Assembly: GCA_963820525.1 (NCBI GenBank) | Contig: CAWGAA010000001.1 | Span: forward strand, 2,944,001 to 3,008,000 | DNA: 64,000 nt | Reading direction: 5' to 3' | Source of the DNA: an uncultured Spirochaetota bacterium | GTDB taxonomy: Bacteria > Spirochaetota > Spirochaetia > SZUA-6 > Fen-1364 | In this document: in pieces, positions 1 to 10,880 of the stretch | Layout: the number at the start of each line of letters is the position of its first letter | Position numbering within the stretch: the first letter of the stretch is position 1 | The notes under the pieces: model-generated | The model's database searches: none | What the model was told of the DNA's origin: nothing | The model's input: only the letters and a program-made list of their open reading frames with translations | Translations under genes and position numbers: made by a program

Positions 1-436
1 CCTGCGGTCCCTGCTTCGCGCCTTGCTGATTCTCGGCGCATTGCTTCTCGCACTCGTCGCGGCTCAGCTTGCCGTCATCGGCACATCCGCGCTTCCCCTG
101 CTTCCATGGCGGGAAGCCCCGCTTGCCCAGATTGTCTGCCAGATAGCGGCGGCCTCTCTCGCCCTCCTCTTCGCGGTTCGCTACATGTACCGGCCGGCCG
201 GCGGGGATGATCTCGCCATTCCCGCAGAGTTCGTGAAGCGCTTCGGGATCTCCAACCGCGAGTGGGAAATCATCACCCTGGTGGTCCAGGGCTACAGTCA
301 CAAACAGATCGGAGAGAAGCTTTTCATTTCCGCCAGAACGGTGAAGAACCATGTCTACAACATCTATCAGAAGACGAGCGCTGAAAACAAAGTACAGCTC
401 CTCAATCTGATCCGATCCGATGGGGAGCGGAAGTAG
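1..436 (+). CDS. Membrane-anchored LuxR-family transcriptional regulator (5' partial)
   Basis: Frame is open from the window edge. Hydrophobic helices precede a LuxR HTH (ISNREWEII...KQIGEKLFISARTVKNHVYNIYQK). Confidence 0.9.
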   Translation, partial: LRSLLRALLILGALLLALVAAQLAVIGTSALPLLPWREAPLAQIVCQIAAASLALLFAVRYMYRPAGGDDLAIPAEFVKRFGISNREWEIITLVVQGYSHKQIGEKLFISARTVKNHVYNIYQKTSAENKVQLLNLIRSDGERK

Positions 437-451
437 AGAAGCTCTTCCGCA

Positions 452-496
452 ATGAGTCTTTTTTCCTATTGCGCGGATGGAAATCTCGTGTATAGT
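452..496 (+). promoter_or_regulatory. Putative sigma70-type promoter with a possible upstream LuxR operator
   Basis: TTGCGC(469-474)-16 nt-TATAGT(491-496). The 18-mer ATGAGTCTTTTTTCCTAT at 452-469 abuts the -35 box. Confidence 0.45.
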
Positions 497-505
497 AGGT
501 GCATA

Positions 506-624
506 AAGTTGGTTATTCGCCGGCGGGAAGATATATATAAAAAGTCATAAAATTATTATATCAATAAGTCATTTAAAATGCTAAGCGGGGTATCTTCCTG
601 CTGGCGGCTTATACTCTCTAACTT
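506..624 (+). other. Long hairpin with AT-rich loop; candidate ncRNA or recombination site
   Basis: 518-533 CGCCGGCGGGAAGATA pairs with 591-606 TATCTTCCTGCTGGCG. 506-512 pairs with 618-624. All three non-Watson-Crick pairs are G.U on the + strand. Confidence 0.5.
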
Positions 625-639
625 GTCAAGAATCGGTTT

Positions 640-666
640 CCGCGCTCGCCAAAGCGGCGAGCGCGG
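640..666. other. Perfect 11-bp GC-rich hairpin
   Basis: CCGCGCTCGCC-AAAGC-GGCGAGCGCGG. Confidence 0.6.
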
Positions 667-911
667 CGACAGAGAGCGCTCTAACCGTTTGTTGTCTGAA
701 AATCCGTCAAAACCATAGAAAATGGTTGTAGCTCATCGTGTCTGTTCATACCCCTCCGTATCCGCTCTCTGTGTCAGAGCCAGTGTCAGAATCCGGAGCG
801 AGGCGCGACAGCGCCGGTCTTGATTTGCTTCTACGCGAACAACCGGGCAGCCATCAATCTCACAGTGCCCGTCAGTATAGTGATAGAGCACTGTGTGTTC
901 GCCCTCCAGCC

Positions 912-1535
912 TTATATCCCCACCGGCTGGTGAACCAGCACGACGGTGATGCGTCCAGCTACCCACTCGCGCTCGATAATTAGGATCTTGCCAACAAAGC
1001 TATCGATTCCCATGGCCGCACGCACCTGAGAATTTTCCCAGGGAAGGATGTACTCGCGTATCCTGGCAAAGGCAGAGTCCAGGTCGGGCACGATCTTTTG
1101 GCTACCCACCACCAGGATAACCTTTCCGCCTCCCACCGCGTAGGGACCGAGCTGGCTCGCTGTTGCGGAGGCGGCTACCAGGATGCCGTCCTGCGTCACC
1201 GCGCTTACGCTTCCCAGCATGAAGTCGGGAGCGGAGGAGAGCTTGCGGATCTCTCGCATCTGGGTCTGCCGGTCCATTTTCAGGTAGACGTTTCGTAAGT
1301 AATTGTACTTGCCTTCCACGGCCAGCTCCTGCGCGACCCCGATTTCCTGGAGTGTTTTGGATTTTCCGGCGTGAACCTCGGCTCCCGCTGGAAGCCGCTC
1401 CAGGACGGCATCGCGCGCCCGGGACGCGTCCGAGACGACAATCGCTTCCAGGTTGCGCTCTCTGAGCCGCACAGCAACCTGCTCGAGAACCTCCCGGGAT
1501 ACCGGCTCTCTGAAATGTACCGCCTCACTGCTCAT
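912..1535 (-). CDS. LUD (lactate utilization, LutC/YkgG-like) domain protein
   Basis: Motifs 'DFMLGSVSAVTQDG' and 'KVILVVGSQKIVPDLDSAFARIREY'. AGGAGG lies upstream of ATG 1535. Confidence 0.85.
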   Translation of the reverse strand: MSSEAVHFREPVSREVLEQVAVRLRERNLEAIVVSDASRARDAVLERLPAGAEVHAGKSKTLQEIGVAQELAVEGKYNYLRNVYLKMDRQTQMREIRKLSSAPDFMLGSVSAVTQDGILVAASATASQLGPYAVGGGKVILVVGSQKIVPDLDSAFARIREYILPWENSQVRAAMGIDSFVGKILIIEREWVAGRITVVLVHQPVGI

Positions 1536-2039
1536 ACCCGTCACCTCCTGCGCTATCGATTAAGAATACAAGGCACCGAAGAGATAAAGCAACGAAGTCG
1601 ACCGGCGCGCGGCGATGCCCCTGCGGGCACTGGTGCCGCGGCGGGTACGCACGGCGCTCCGAGGCGGTGTCTCTGCAGGGTATCCGGACATTGAGAGGTT
1701 GACGCTGCTGGGACTCGACACCTCTCTCAAGGGTGGTTTTATATGCATCCCGCAGGGCAATCAAAGACAGTTTGTTCTCGACACGACAGCTTTCGGAATT
1801 CCATGAAGATCCCCAAAAAAGAGCGCGATGACCCCATTGACGACCGTGGAAACCGACTGCCCATCGAACGTGGCTTCCTTGCGCTCTAGAAGCCCCCCCT
1901 GCCTCCAGGCGCTTCAGGCGGTTGGAGAGGGTCGACCGGAACCGCTTGAGAGCTGACGGCGTGTTCACGAGAAAGGTCATCTGAACGGTGCTTGCGGCCT
2001 GTTGGATTCCCGCCTACCATGGGCGCAGGGCGCAGGCTC

Positions 2040-2801
2040 TTATGCTATGATGACCTTCACGCCCCTCGACTCCAGGGCCATCCTGTCCGAGTCGGAAATG
2101 CCATCGTCCGTGATGATGCAGCCGACCAAGTCGATGGGGCCCAGCGAGGCGAAAGACACCTTTCCTATTTTAGTCGAGTCCGCAACCACATATACCTCGG
2201 CCGCAGCGTCGATCATGGCCTTCTTTACGTGGATATCGATGAGCCCGGGATATGTCAGGCCTGCCTCCAGGCTTACCCCGCCCGCGGCAAGGAAGCATTT
2301 TTTTACGTGAATCTGTTCGAAGAACTTCCCCGCTTTCTCGCCGGTGAGGGAGAGCGTCGGCGGCTTAAACTCTCCCCCGGTGACCATGATTTCAAAGGAA
2401 ATCTCCGTTCCCAGCAGAAGAGCAATGTTCAGCGCATTGGTCACGATCTTGAGGTTCTTCTTGAGCCCGAGGTTTTTCGCCACCTCCGTCGTGGTGGATC
2501 CGGAATCGAGGATCAGGGAGTCGTCATCCTGCACCAGCTCGGCGGCCCTGCGGCCGATGCGGGACTTTTTGTCCATATTCTCCAAGTGCTGGAGGCTTAA
2601 GCTTTTCACCTGCTGGGGAACGCTCTTGAGGAAGGCCCCGCCGTGCTCACGGATGATGAATCCCTCCTCCTCAAGCTTTTCGAGGTCCTGGCGAACGGTA
2701 GGCTCGGAAACCTTGAACAGCCTGCTGAGGGAGCTGACCCGCGCGCTGCCGTCCTCCTGGAGCAGCTCGAGAATCTTCCGCCGTCTTTGGAGGGCGAGCA
2801 T
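2040..2801 (-). CDS. DeoR/GlpR-family transcriptional regulator
   Basis: HTH 'VSEPTVRQDLEKLE...REHGGA' and sensor motifs 'ILDSGSTT', 'VADSTKIG'. The start could instead be 2846. Confidence 0.95.
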   Translation of the reverse strand: MLALQRRRKILELLQEDGSARVSSLSRLFKVSEPTVRQDLEKLEEEGFIIREHGGAFLKSVPQQVKSLSLQHLENMDKKSRIGRRAAELVQDDDSLILDSGSTTTEVAKNLGLKKNLKIVTNALNIALLLGTEISFEIMVTGGEFKPPTLSLTGEKAGKFFEQIHVKKCFLAAGGVSLEAGLTYPGLIDIHVKKAMIDAAAEVYVVADSTKIGKVSFASLGPIDLVGCIITDDGISDSDRMALESRGVKVIIA

Positions 2802-2803
2802 CG

Positions 2804-4297
2804 TTAGAGAAGCTTCGTTACCGCTTTTTTCCATTCTCTCTGGCATTTCTTCGCGTCAGCGCTTTGTGGGCCGGCGGTAAAGCGCCTGGGCGCCCTTCTG
2901 AATCCCGCCAACGCGTCAAGATCGGGATAAAGCCCGGCTTCCAGACCCGCGAGCCCGGCCGCTCCGAGGGCAGACACATCCTCAACCCCGTTGCTGACAA
3001 CATCCGCCGGCAGAAGATCGGCAAGGAACTGCATCACGAAGTTGTTCTCCGTGATTCCCCCGTCCACCTTCAGCTCCGTAAGCCGGATCAGGCTGTCCGC
3101 CTCCATTGCGGCGATCACTTCCGCGATCTGATAGGGTATGGACTCCAAGGCCGCCCTGACAATGTGGTTTTTTGTGGAACCGAATGTCAAGCCCATGATC
3201 GCCGCACGCAGATCCATCTTCCACCATGGAGCACCTAGCCCACTGAAAGCCGGCACGAGGTAGACACCACCATTGTCCGGTACCTCGCGCGCCATCGATT
3301 CCGAGTCCCTGCTCTCAACCAGCATACCCAACTGATCCCGCAGCCATGCAATGGTCGCGCCGCAGCTCACGACGATCCCCTCAAGAGCATAATCCACCCG
3401 GTCCTTCATACTGAAGCAGATTGTGCTCACCATTGCGCCATGGGCTGCGAGACGCCGCTGCCCGACGTTCATCATGATCGAAGATCCCGTACCCATGGTT
3501 GCCTTTGCGGTTCCGGGGGTAAGGCACTGCTCTCCGAAGGCCGCGGCGTGCGAGTCCCCGATCATCGCGGAAATGGGGATTGAGGTGGGGAGCAAACCAT
3601 CGAAGTCCGTTTCGCCGTAGAAGTACGACGAGGGATGCACCTCGGGGAGCCGCAACCCCTCGAGGTGCCATTCGGCGAGGAGCCGCCTGTCCCAGTCGAG
3701 CTGAGTGATGTTGAAAAGGAGGGTGCGCGAAGCGTTTGTGTGGTCGGTGGCGTGGGTCTTTCCCCCGGTCAATCGGAACGCGAGCCACGCGTCCACGGTG
3801 CCGAAGAACGCGCGCCCCGAATCGATCTCCTTACGCACGCGCCTTTCATTCTCCGCGAGCCAGATAAGCTTGGTGGCAGAAAAGTAGGGGTCAATGAGCA
3901 GGCCGGTACGCTCCCTGATTTCCTCCCCGATGCCCGAGGAGCGCAATCGCTCGCAGATATCGACCGATCTCTTGCACTGCCACACCACCGCGGGCGCCAG
4001 GGGGGTGCCTTTCCTGTCCCAGAGAATGAAGGTTTCCCTCTGATTGGAAATCCCGCAGGCGAGGATACGGGAGAAATCGTCGGAGATCCGGCCTCGAAAT
4101 GAATCGAGACAGGACCCAACGGAATCGAGCACACTGCGATAAATGGCTTCGGGGTCCTGCTCGACGAAGCCGGGCCGAGGAAACGAGGAAGCGAGCGAGG
4201 CGCTCGCCCGGGCGGCAATCTGTCCCGCGGAGTCGAAGATGACAGTCTTTGTCGCGCTCGTTCCCTGGTCTATGGCAAGAATGTACCTGTCCTTCAT
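2804..4297 (-). CDS. FGGY/glycerol-kinase-family carbohydrate kinase (candidate apulose kinase); in frame with the upstream transketolase subunit
   Basis: Motifs 'ILAIDQGTSATK', 'ISNQRET', 'TDHTNASRTLLFN', 'GVYLVPAFSGLGAPWW', 'LKVDGG'. It has its own SD-like GGGATGGAG before ATG 4297. Confidence 0.9.
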   Translation of the reverse strand: MKDRYILAIDQGTSATKTVIFDSAGQIAARASASLASSFPRPGFVEQDPEAIYRSVLDSVGSCLDSFRGRISDDFSRILACGISNQRETFILWDRKGTPLAPAVVWQCKRSVDICERLRSSGIGEEIRERTGLLIDPYFSATKLIWLAENERRVRKEIDSGRAFFGTVDAWLAFRLTGGKTHATDHTNASRTLLFNITQLDWDRRLLAEWHLEGLRLPEVHPSSYFYGETDFDGLLPTSIPISAMIGDSHAAAFGEQCLTPGTAKATMGTGSSIMMNVGQRRLAAHGAMVSTICFSMKDRVDYALEGIVVSCGATIAWLRDQLGMLVESRDSESMAREVPDNGGVYLVPAFSGLGAPWWKMDLRAAIMGLTFGSTKNHIVRAALESIPYQIAEVIAAMEADSLIRLTELKVDGGITENNFVMQFLADLLPADVVSNGVEDVSALGAAGLAGLEAGLYPDLDALAGFRRAPRRFTAGPQSADAKKCQREWKKAVTKLL

Positions 4298-5308
4298 GCT
4301 CCATCCCTGCCTTCGAAGCAGGTTGCCGCGGGATGCCCACAGGGAAAGCCTCACGCTGCCCGGCCGAGGACACTCCAGCGCCCTCCTCAGTATGCCATCC
4401 TTGTCGATGCCATAATATGCGCGGATGGCCGATCTTGGTCCAGCTTTGGAGAATTCGCCTTCGGGGATCCCGAGGCGGCTCACGGGCACGCCGGCGGCGC
4501 GCTCCGCCAGAACTTCCGAGACCAGGCTGCCCAGCCCTCCGTGTACCGAATGCTCCTCCACAGTCAGGACGCGTCCCGTTTTCAACGCCGAACGACAGAT
4601 GCCCTCGGGGTCAGCGGGCCGTATGGATGGAACGTTCACAATTTCCGCATGAATCCCCCGCCGCTCGAGCTCCTCACCCGCTGAATACGCCTCCCACGTC
4701 ACGGAGCCCAAGGAGAAGATCACCAGATCCTTTCCTTCCTTCAGTATGTCGACCTTCCCGGGCTGGAAATGGTAGCTGGGCTCATGGAGGAAGGGAAACA
4801 TGGCATTGTCCATCCTGACATACACAGGGCCGTCGTAGTCCAGCGCGTAGCGGAGCACGCCGTCCGTTTCCAAAGGATCTGAGGGAGCGAAGATCAGAAT
4901 GTTGCCAAAGCCGCGCAAGATTGAGATGTCGTCGATGGCATGGTGGGTGCTCGCGAGGGGGCCGTACGCGACCCCAGCGTTCAGGCCCATGACCTTGACG
5001 TTGGTGCGAGAATAGCAGATGTCGTTCTTCAGCTGCTCGTTGGCGCGAGAGGTGGCGAAAGGGGCTGCATTCGCCGTGACAACGGTGTAGCCCCCGAGGG
5101 AAAGGCCGGCGGCAACACCCATCAGGTTTTGCTCAGCGATTCCCACGTTTACAAGCCGCTGGGGAAAGCGGGACTGGAATGGCCCGATTTGGGAGGTGCT
5201 TGCCGAATCGCTCACAACGACGACGAGGTTCTTGCCCTCATCTACCGCCCGGATGAGCGCCTGCACCATGACCTCCCGCAGATCCTGTTTGCGGGCCTGC
5301 TCCATCAC
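4298..5308 (-). CDS. Transketolase C-terminal (pyrimidine-binding) subunit; no in-frame stop before the kinase
   Basis: Motifs 'NVGIAEQNL', 'THHAIDDI', 'TVEEHSVHGGLGS'. The ORF reads through into the kinase (834 aa total). Confidence 0.9.
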
Positions 5309-6162
5309 TCAAGCTCCTCAATGGCCTCGCGCACCTGGTCGCCTACAGGGATCTTGTGATGCCAGGCCGCCCGGTCCTCGATGAAGGACACTCCCTTGCC
5401 CTTTACCGTATGCGCGATAATCACGTGCGGCTTGCCGCACGCGGGGTCCAGCGAATCCACTGACTCGATGAATGCCGCCGGATCATTGCCGTCCGCCCCC
5501 TTCACGTCGAAGCCAAAGCTCTCCCACTTGCGATCCAGTGGCTCCAGCGCCATGATTTTTTCCGTCCTGTCAGCCAGCTGCAGGGTATTCCTGTCCACGA
5601 TTGCGACGAGGTTGTCGAGCTTGAAGTGTGCCGCGCTCATTGCGGCTTCCCAGTTGGAGCCTTCCTGAAGCTCGCCGTCTCCCAGGAGGACGAAAACTCG
5701 AAAGCCGCGGCCGCTCATTTTCGCGCTCAGAGCCAGCCCGACGCCGACCGAGAGACCGTGGCCGAGTGCACCGGTGTTGATTTCTATGAAAGGGGTCTGC
5801 TGACGGACCGGGTGACCGGGAAGCCTTGAATCGAACTGCAGGTAAGTTTGGAGGAGGGACTCCTCCAGAAGCCCCGCCTCCGCGAGGGTGCAGTACAGCC
5901 CGCCGACGCCATGACCCTTACTAAGGACGAATCTGTCCCGATCCGGATCCTGCGGGGCGTCTCGTCGATACTTCAGCACGCGGAAAAACAGGGCAGCCAG
6001 GATATCGGTTTCCGAAAGGTCCGCCCCCGTGTGACCCTGGCCTGCATGCGAGTTCATCCAAACGATCTTTTTTCTGATTTCTTTTGCTCTGCTTTTTATC
6101 TCATCTACGGAGGCATCGAAGGGATTACCGCACAGATCCTTCGATATTTCAAAGGCTTTCAT
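5305..6162 (-). CDS. Transketolase N-terminal (TPP-binding) subunit
   Basis: Motifs 'DRDRFVLSKGH', 'NTGALGHG', TPP motif 'GDGELQEGSNWEA...DRN', 'HTVKGKG'. Confidence 0.95.
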   Translation of the reverse strand: MKAFEISKDLCGNPFDASVDEIKSRAKEIRKKIVWMNSHAGQGHTGADLSETDILAALFFRVLKYRRDAPQDPDRDRFVLSKGHGVGGLYCTLAEAGLLEESLLQTYLQFDSRLPGHPVRQQTPFIEINTGALGHGLSVGVGLALSAKMSGRGFRVFVLLGDGELQEGSNWEAAMSAAHFKLDNLVAIVDRNTLQLADRTEKIMALEPLDRKWESFGFDVKGADGNDPAAFIESVDSLDPACGKPHVIIAHTVKGKGVSFIEDRAAWHHKIPVGDQVREAIEELE

Positions 6163-6172
6163 GTCAAAAGGA

Positions 6173-6201
6173 ATAATATCACAATAAATAGAAAGTGTCA
6201 A
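6173..6201 (-). promoter_or_regulatory. sigma70-type promoter of the transketolase-kinase-deoR operon
   Basis: TTGACA-17 nt-TATTAT on the minus strand, 10 nt before the ATG, in an AT-rich divergent spacer. Confidence 0.7.
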
Positions 6202-6400
6202 AGCCATTTATGCTTATTATTATTTTCTAAAATATTCATTTATATCTTGACAGGCTGGAAAAATCGCAGTATGTTCGTAGGGCAACGGAACCAGAAACAA
6301 ATGAACGAAAGCTTAGAGATCTGCTTGGTTTGCCACGGAAAAATTATGTACGATAAACGCGGGAGTCTCGACGAATGCGTCTGAGAGAAGGCAAGGCGTC

Positions 6401-7084
6401 ATGACCGAAGCTAAAAAGAGTAGGCCCTTTTTCCGCATTTTCATACCCGTGGCGGTTGTCGTTGCTCTGGTGACGCTTGCGCTGAGTGGACAGCTTGCAA
6501 CAGTAAGACCGATCGGCAGCTTCACGGCGAATAGCACCCTGAATCCTGCCGGAGAGACCTTCAACAAGGTGAGCTATGTGGACGGTATCTGGGATTCCAA
6601 GGTGGTTCCCACGGTCCGAAGCGGGGCCACGGATGCTGGCATCCTCATTCCCGCTCTTCGAAAGGACCCCGCGGCAACCGCGAAGCAGTTCGGTCACGAT
6701 GTCGGGGGGGCTGATAATTTTCTGATCCGTTTCAGCGGGAAAGTGACGAAAATCGACACCTCGTCAATGAACGGCCTGATCACCGTCAGCCTGCCGCTCG
6801 AAGGACAGCCGATGGATGTGCAGGTTCAAGTCGGACCGATCATCTCCGGCACGGCCCTGCGCGACGCGGTGGGATTCATCACTTTCGGATTGTTTACCAA
6901 CCAGATGCAATTTGGGGACGTCGGGGACGAACTGAACAATCGGGTGCTCAAGAAGGTCCTGGCTGGAGTCGAGCCGAAGACGCTCCTGGGCAAGACCGTT
7001 TTCATCGAAGGCGCCTTCACGTACGACAGCGCGAGTCCTCGAACAGTGGTTGTGACCCCTGTCGTGCTCACTTGGGAGAAGTAA
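6401..7084 (+). CDS. DUF2291-like periplasmic/lipoprotein accessory of a sugar ABC transporter
   Basis: N-terminal anchor, 'VQVGPIISGTALRDAVGFITFGLFTNQMQF...ELN', and position at the head of the ABC operon. Confidence 0.85.
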   Translation: MTEAKKSRPFFRIFIPVAVVVALVTLALSGQLATVRPIGSFTANSTLNPAGETFNKVSYVDGIWDSKVVPTVRSGATDAGILIPALRKDPAATAKQFGHDVGGADNFLIRFSGKVTKIDTSSMNGLITVSLPLEGQPMDVQVQVGPIISGTALRDAVGFITFGLFTNQMQFGDVGDELNNRVLKKVLAGVEPKTLLGKTVFIEGAFTYDSASPRTVVVTPVVLTWEK

Positions 7085-7099
7085 GGGGAAGCAAAGGCG

Positions 7100-8644
7100 G
7101 TGAACGAGACAGTCACCCTTCGCGCCGAGCACATCACCAAAATCTACCCGGGAACCATAGCCCTGGATGACGTGTCGTTCACGACCTATGAGAGCAAGGT
7201 CAACACCCTTGTCGGAGAGAACGGCGCCGGCAAGTCCACCCTGATGAAGATAATCGCGGGAGCAGAGCTGCAGTCGAGCGGCACGCTGCATCTCAATGGA
7301 AAGGCAGTCAGCTTCCGAAGCCCTATAGAGGCATCGGCGCACGGAATCGGCATCATCTACCAGGAGTTGGACCTCTGCCCAAACATGTCCGTGTCCGACA
7401 ACATCTTCCTCACGCGTGAAATCTCGAGGCGGGGCGTGATCAACTTCAAGAAACAGCGTGAGATGGCCCGCGAGCTGCTCGGGCGGCTCGAGCAGCGCAT
7501 CGATCCCGACACCCTGGTTGGCGAGCTGGGGGTGAGCGCCAAACAGATTGTTACGATTGCCAAGGCGCTGGCGCAAAACGTAAAGATCCTGATCATGGAC
7601 GAGCCCACCTCGGCTCTCACGGCGGGCGAAGTGGAGGTGCTGTTCCGCATCGTGCGCGAGCTGAAAACTCGAGGCGTCTCGATCATCTACATCTCCCATC
7701 GCCTGGAAGAGGTCGTGCAGATTGGGGATTTTATCACCGTCCTGCGGGACGGGAAGGCCCAGGCGGAAGCCAGGATCGCCGACGTGGACGTGAACTGGAT
7801 CGTGGAGAAGATGGTGGGAAAGTCCCTGGCGGCGTTCCTGCCGCACGCCGCGCACAACGTCAAGACCGAAACTCTCCGCGTGGAGGGACTCACCTACCCG
7901 CGTCCCGAAGGCGGCCATTACATCCGCAATCTCTCCTTCTCCGTGAACAAGGGGGAAATTGTCGGGCTCTACGGTTTGATGGGGGCGGGACGCTCGGAGA
8001 CCTTGGAATGTCTGATTGGACTCCATCCGGAGGCACAGGGACGGATCATCCTCGGCGGGGAGCCACTTGACCACTCGCTTTCTACAACAGAACGAATCGA
8101 GCGGGGGCTGACACTCGTGCCTGAGGATCGCCAGGCCGCGGGGATCATCCCGACGATGAGTGTGGCAAACAACATGATCATCGCGAACGTGAAGAGCTAT
8201 GCCCGATTGGGCGTCCTGCCTCGCAAGCCGGGCCTGAGGGAGATCCTTGGCATGGCGCGCGACATGTCCATCCATGTTTCCTCTCCCGATCAGCAGATCA
8301 CCGCGCTCTCCGGCGGCAACCAGCAGAAGGTCGTGGTTGCCAAGGGGCTGCTCACGCAGCCGACGGTCCTCCTGATGGACGAGCCCACACGGGGGATCGA
8401 CGTCAACTCGAAGTCGGAAATCTTCGCGATCATGAACTCACTCGCTCAGCAGGGCATCGGGATTCTGTTCGCCTCCTCGGAGCTGAAGGAGATCGTGGCC
8501 CTGTCTGACCGTGTGCTTGTCATGGCAGCCGGCAGACTCACGGGCGAGTTTACACGCGGCGCGTACAGCGAAACAGATCTTGTGGCGGCCTCAGCCATGG
8601 ACCGATCGAGCGCTGGCAACGGGAAAGGGACAACGGGGAGCTGA
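7100..8644 (+). CDS. Sugar ABC transporter ATPase (RbsA/MglA type, two ABC domains)
   Basis: Motifs GENGAGKST, MDEPTSAL, LSGGNQQKV, MDEPTRGID. Confidence 0.97.
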   Translation: MNETVTLRAEHITKIYPGTIALDDVSFTTYESKVNTLVGENGAGKSTLMKIIAGAELQSSGTLHLNGKAVSFRSPIEASAHGIGIIYQELDLCPNMSVSDNIFLTREISRRGVINFKKQREMARELLGRLEQRIDPDTLVGELGVSAKQIVTIAKALAQNVKILIMDEPTSALTAGEVEVLFRIVRELKTRGVSIIYISHRLEEVVQIGDFITVLRDGKAQAEARIADVDVNWIVEKMVGKSLAAFLPHAAHNVKTETLRVEGLTYPRPEGGHYIRNLSFSVNKGEIVGLYGLMGAGRSETLECLIGLHPEAQGRIILGGEPLDHSLSTTERIERGLTLVPEDRQAAGIIPTMSVANNMIIANVKSYARLGVLPRKPGLREILGMARDMSIHVSSPDQQITALSGGNQQKVVVAKGLLTQPTVLLMDEPTRGIDVNSKSEIFAIMNSLAQQGIGILFASSELKEIVALSDRVLVMAAGRLTGEFTRGAYSETDLVAASAMDRSSAGNGKGTTGS

Positions 8645-8645
8645 C

Positions 8646-9701
8646 ATGCAGAGCATTGACACTGGGGCCGCTGGCGCACGGATGAACTTCAAGTTGCTGC
8701 TTCTACGGTTCAGGACCGTGATCGCGCTCCTGACCATTATCGTCATCTTCGCGTCCCTTTCGCGGACGTTCCTGACCTTCGAAAACATCGTGATCATGAC
8801 GAAGCACGTCGCAATCAACTGTTTCCTCGCCATCGGGATGACCTTCGTCATCCTCTCCGGCGGGATCGACCTCTCGGTCGGCTCGATCCTGGGCCTGGCC
8901 GGCATGATCACAGGGGCGCTGATCGACGTGGGTATCCCGCTCCGCCTTTTCGGCATCGTCATCTACCTGCACACATGGTTCATTATTGTCGTCTCACTGG
9001 CGGCCGGAGGATTGATCGGCGCGATCAACGGGACAGTCATCACCCGGCTCAAGGTGGCCCCTTTCATCGCCACCCTCGGGATGCTGTATGTCGCGCGCGG
9101 GTTCGCCTTGCTGAGCAATAACGGTTCCACGTTTCCCTTCCTCTCCGGCCAGGCGGCTTTGGGCAACACAGGCTTCCCGTTCCTCGGGGAGGGGGAGATC
9201 CTTTTCATACCGCTTCCAATCTGGCTGCTTTTGATCATCGGCCTGCTCGCGGCGTTCGTGGCCACGCGCACGCCCTTCGGCCGCTACGTATATGCGGTGG
9301 GGGGCAACGAGAGGGCCGCGGCGCTCTCAGGGGTTCGTGTCAACCGGATCAGGCTCATGGTCTACATCATTTCGGGGGTGCTGGCCGCCCTCAGCGGTCT
9401 GATCGTTACTTCCCAGCTCGTCGCAGCGCATCCGGCGTCGGGAGAGACGTACGAGCTGAACGCCATCGCCGCCGCCGTGCTGGGTGGGACCTCGCTCATG
9501 GGGGGCCGTGGCTCGATAGGCGGCACAATCATCGGCTCGTTCGTCATCGGCATACTCGCGGATGGTCTGGTGATGCTGGGGGTTTCCGATTTCTGGCAGA
9601 TGGTGATCAAAGGAGTGGTCATCGTGGTCGCCGTGGCAATCGATCAGCTCCAATCCAACATCTCGCGGCTCGCAGCAATCCAGGAGGAGAAAAGGGGGTG
9701 A
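8646..9701 (+). CDS. Sugar ABC transporter permease (RbsC type)
   Basis: Motifs 'GGIDLSVGS', 'PFIATLG', 'YELNAIAAAVLGGTSL'. Confidence 0.96.
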   Translation: MQSIDTGAAGARMNFKLLLLRFRTVIALLTIIVIFASLSRTFLTFENIVIMTKHVAINCFLAIGMTFVILSGGIDLSVGSILGLAGMITGALIDVGIPLRLFGIVIYLHTWFIIVVSLAAGGLIGAINGTVITRLKVAPFIATLGMLYVARGFALLSNNGSTFPFLSGQAALGNTGFPFLGEGEILFIPLPIWLLLIIGLLAAFVATRTPFGRYVYAVGGNERAAALSGVRVNRIRLMVYIISGVLAALSGLIVTSQLVAAHPASGETYELNAIAAAVLGGTSLMGGRGSIGGTIIGSFVIGILADGLVMLGVSDFWQMVIKGVVIVVAVAIDQLQSNISRLAAIQEEKRG

Positions 9702-9721
9702 TGCAGGGGAAAAGACTGTAA

Positions 9722-10774
<1,053 letters not shown>

Positions 10775-10830
10775 GTATCATGACCGTTCGCTTGCAGCCC
10801 ACTTCTGCGACGGTCGAGAAGTGCTAAGAT

Positions 10831-10869
10831 AGCCCGCACGGGACTTTCCGTGCGGGCTTGTTTTGCTTT
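10831..10869 (+). terminator. Intrinsic terminator-like hairpin between the binding-protein and isomerase genes
   Basis: AGCCCGCACGG-GACTTT-CCGTGCGGGCT followed by TGTTTTGCTTT. Confidence 0.7.
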
Positions 10870-10880
10870 CGGAGGTAGAT

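Noticed and set aside
538..566. AT-rich loop as the chromosomal dif site
   Set aside because: CATAA...TTATATCAAT has 5-nt rather than 6-nt spacing and a poor XerC arm. Kept only as part of the hairpin finding.
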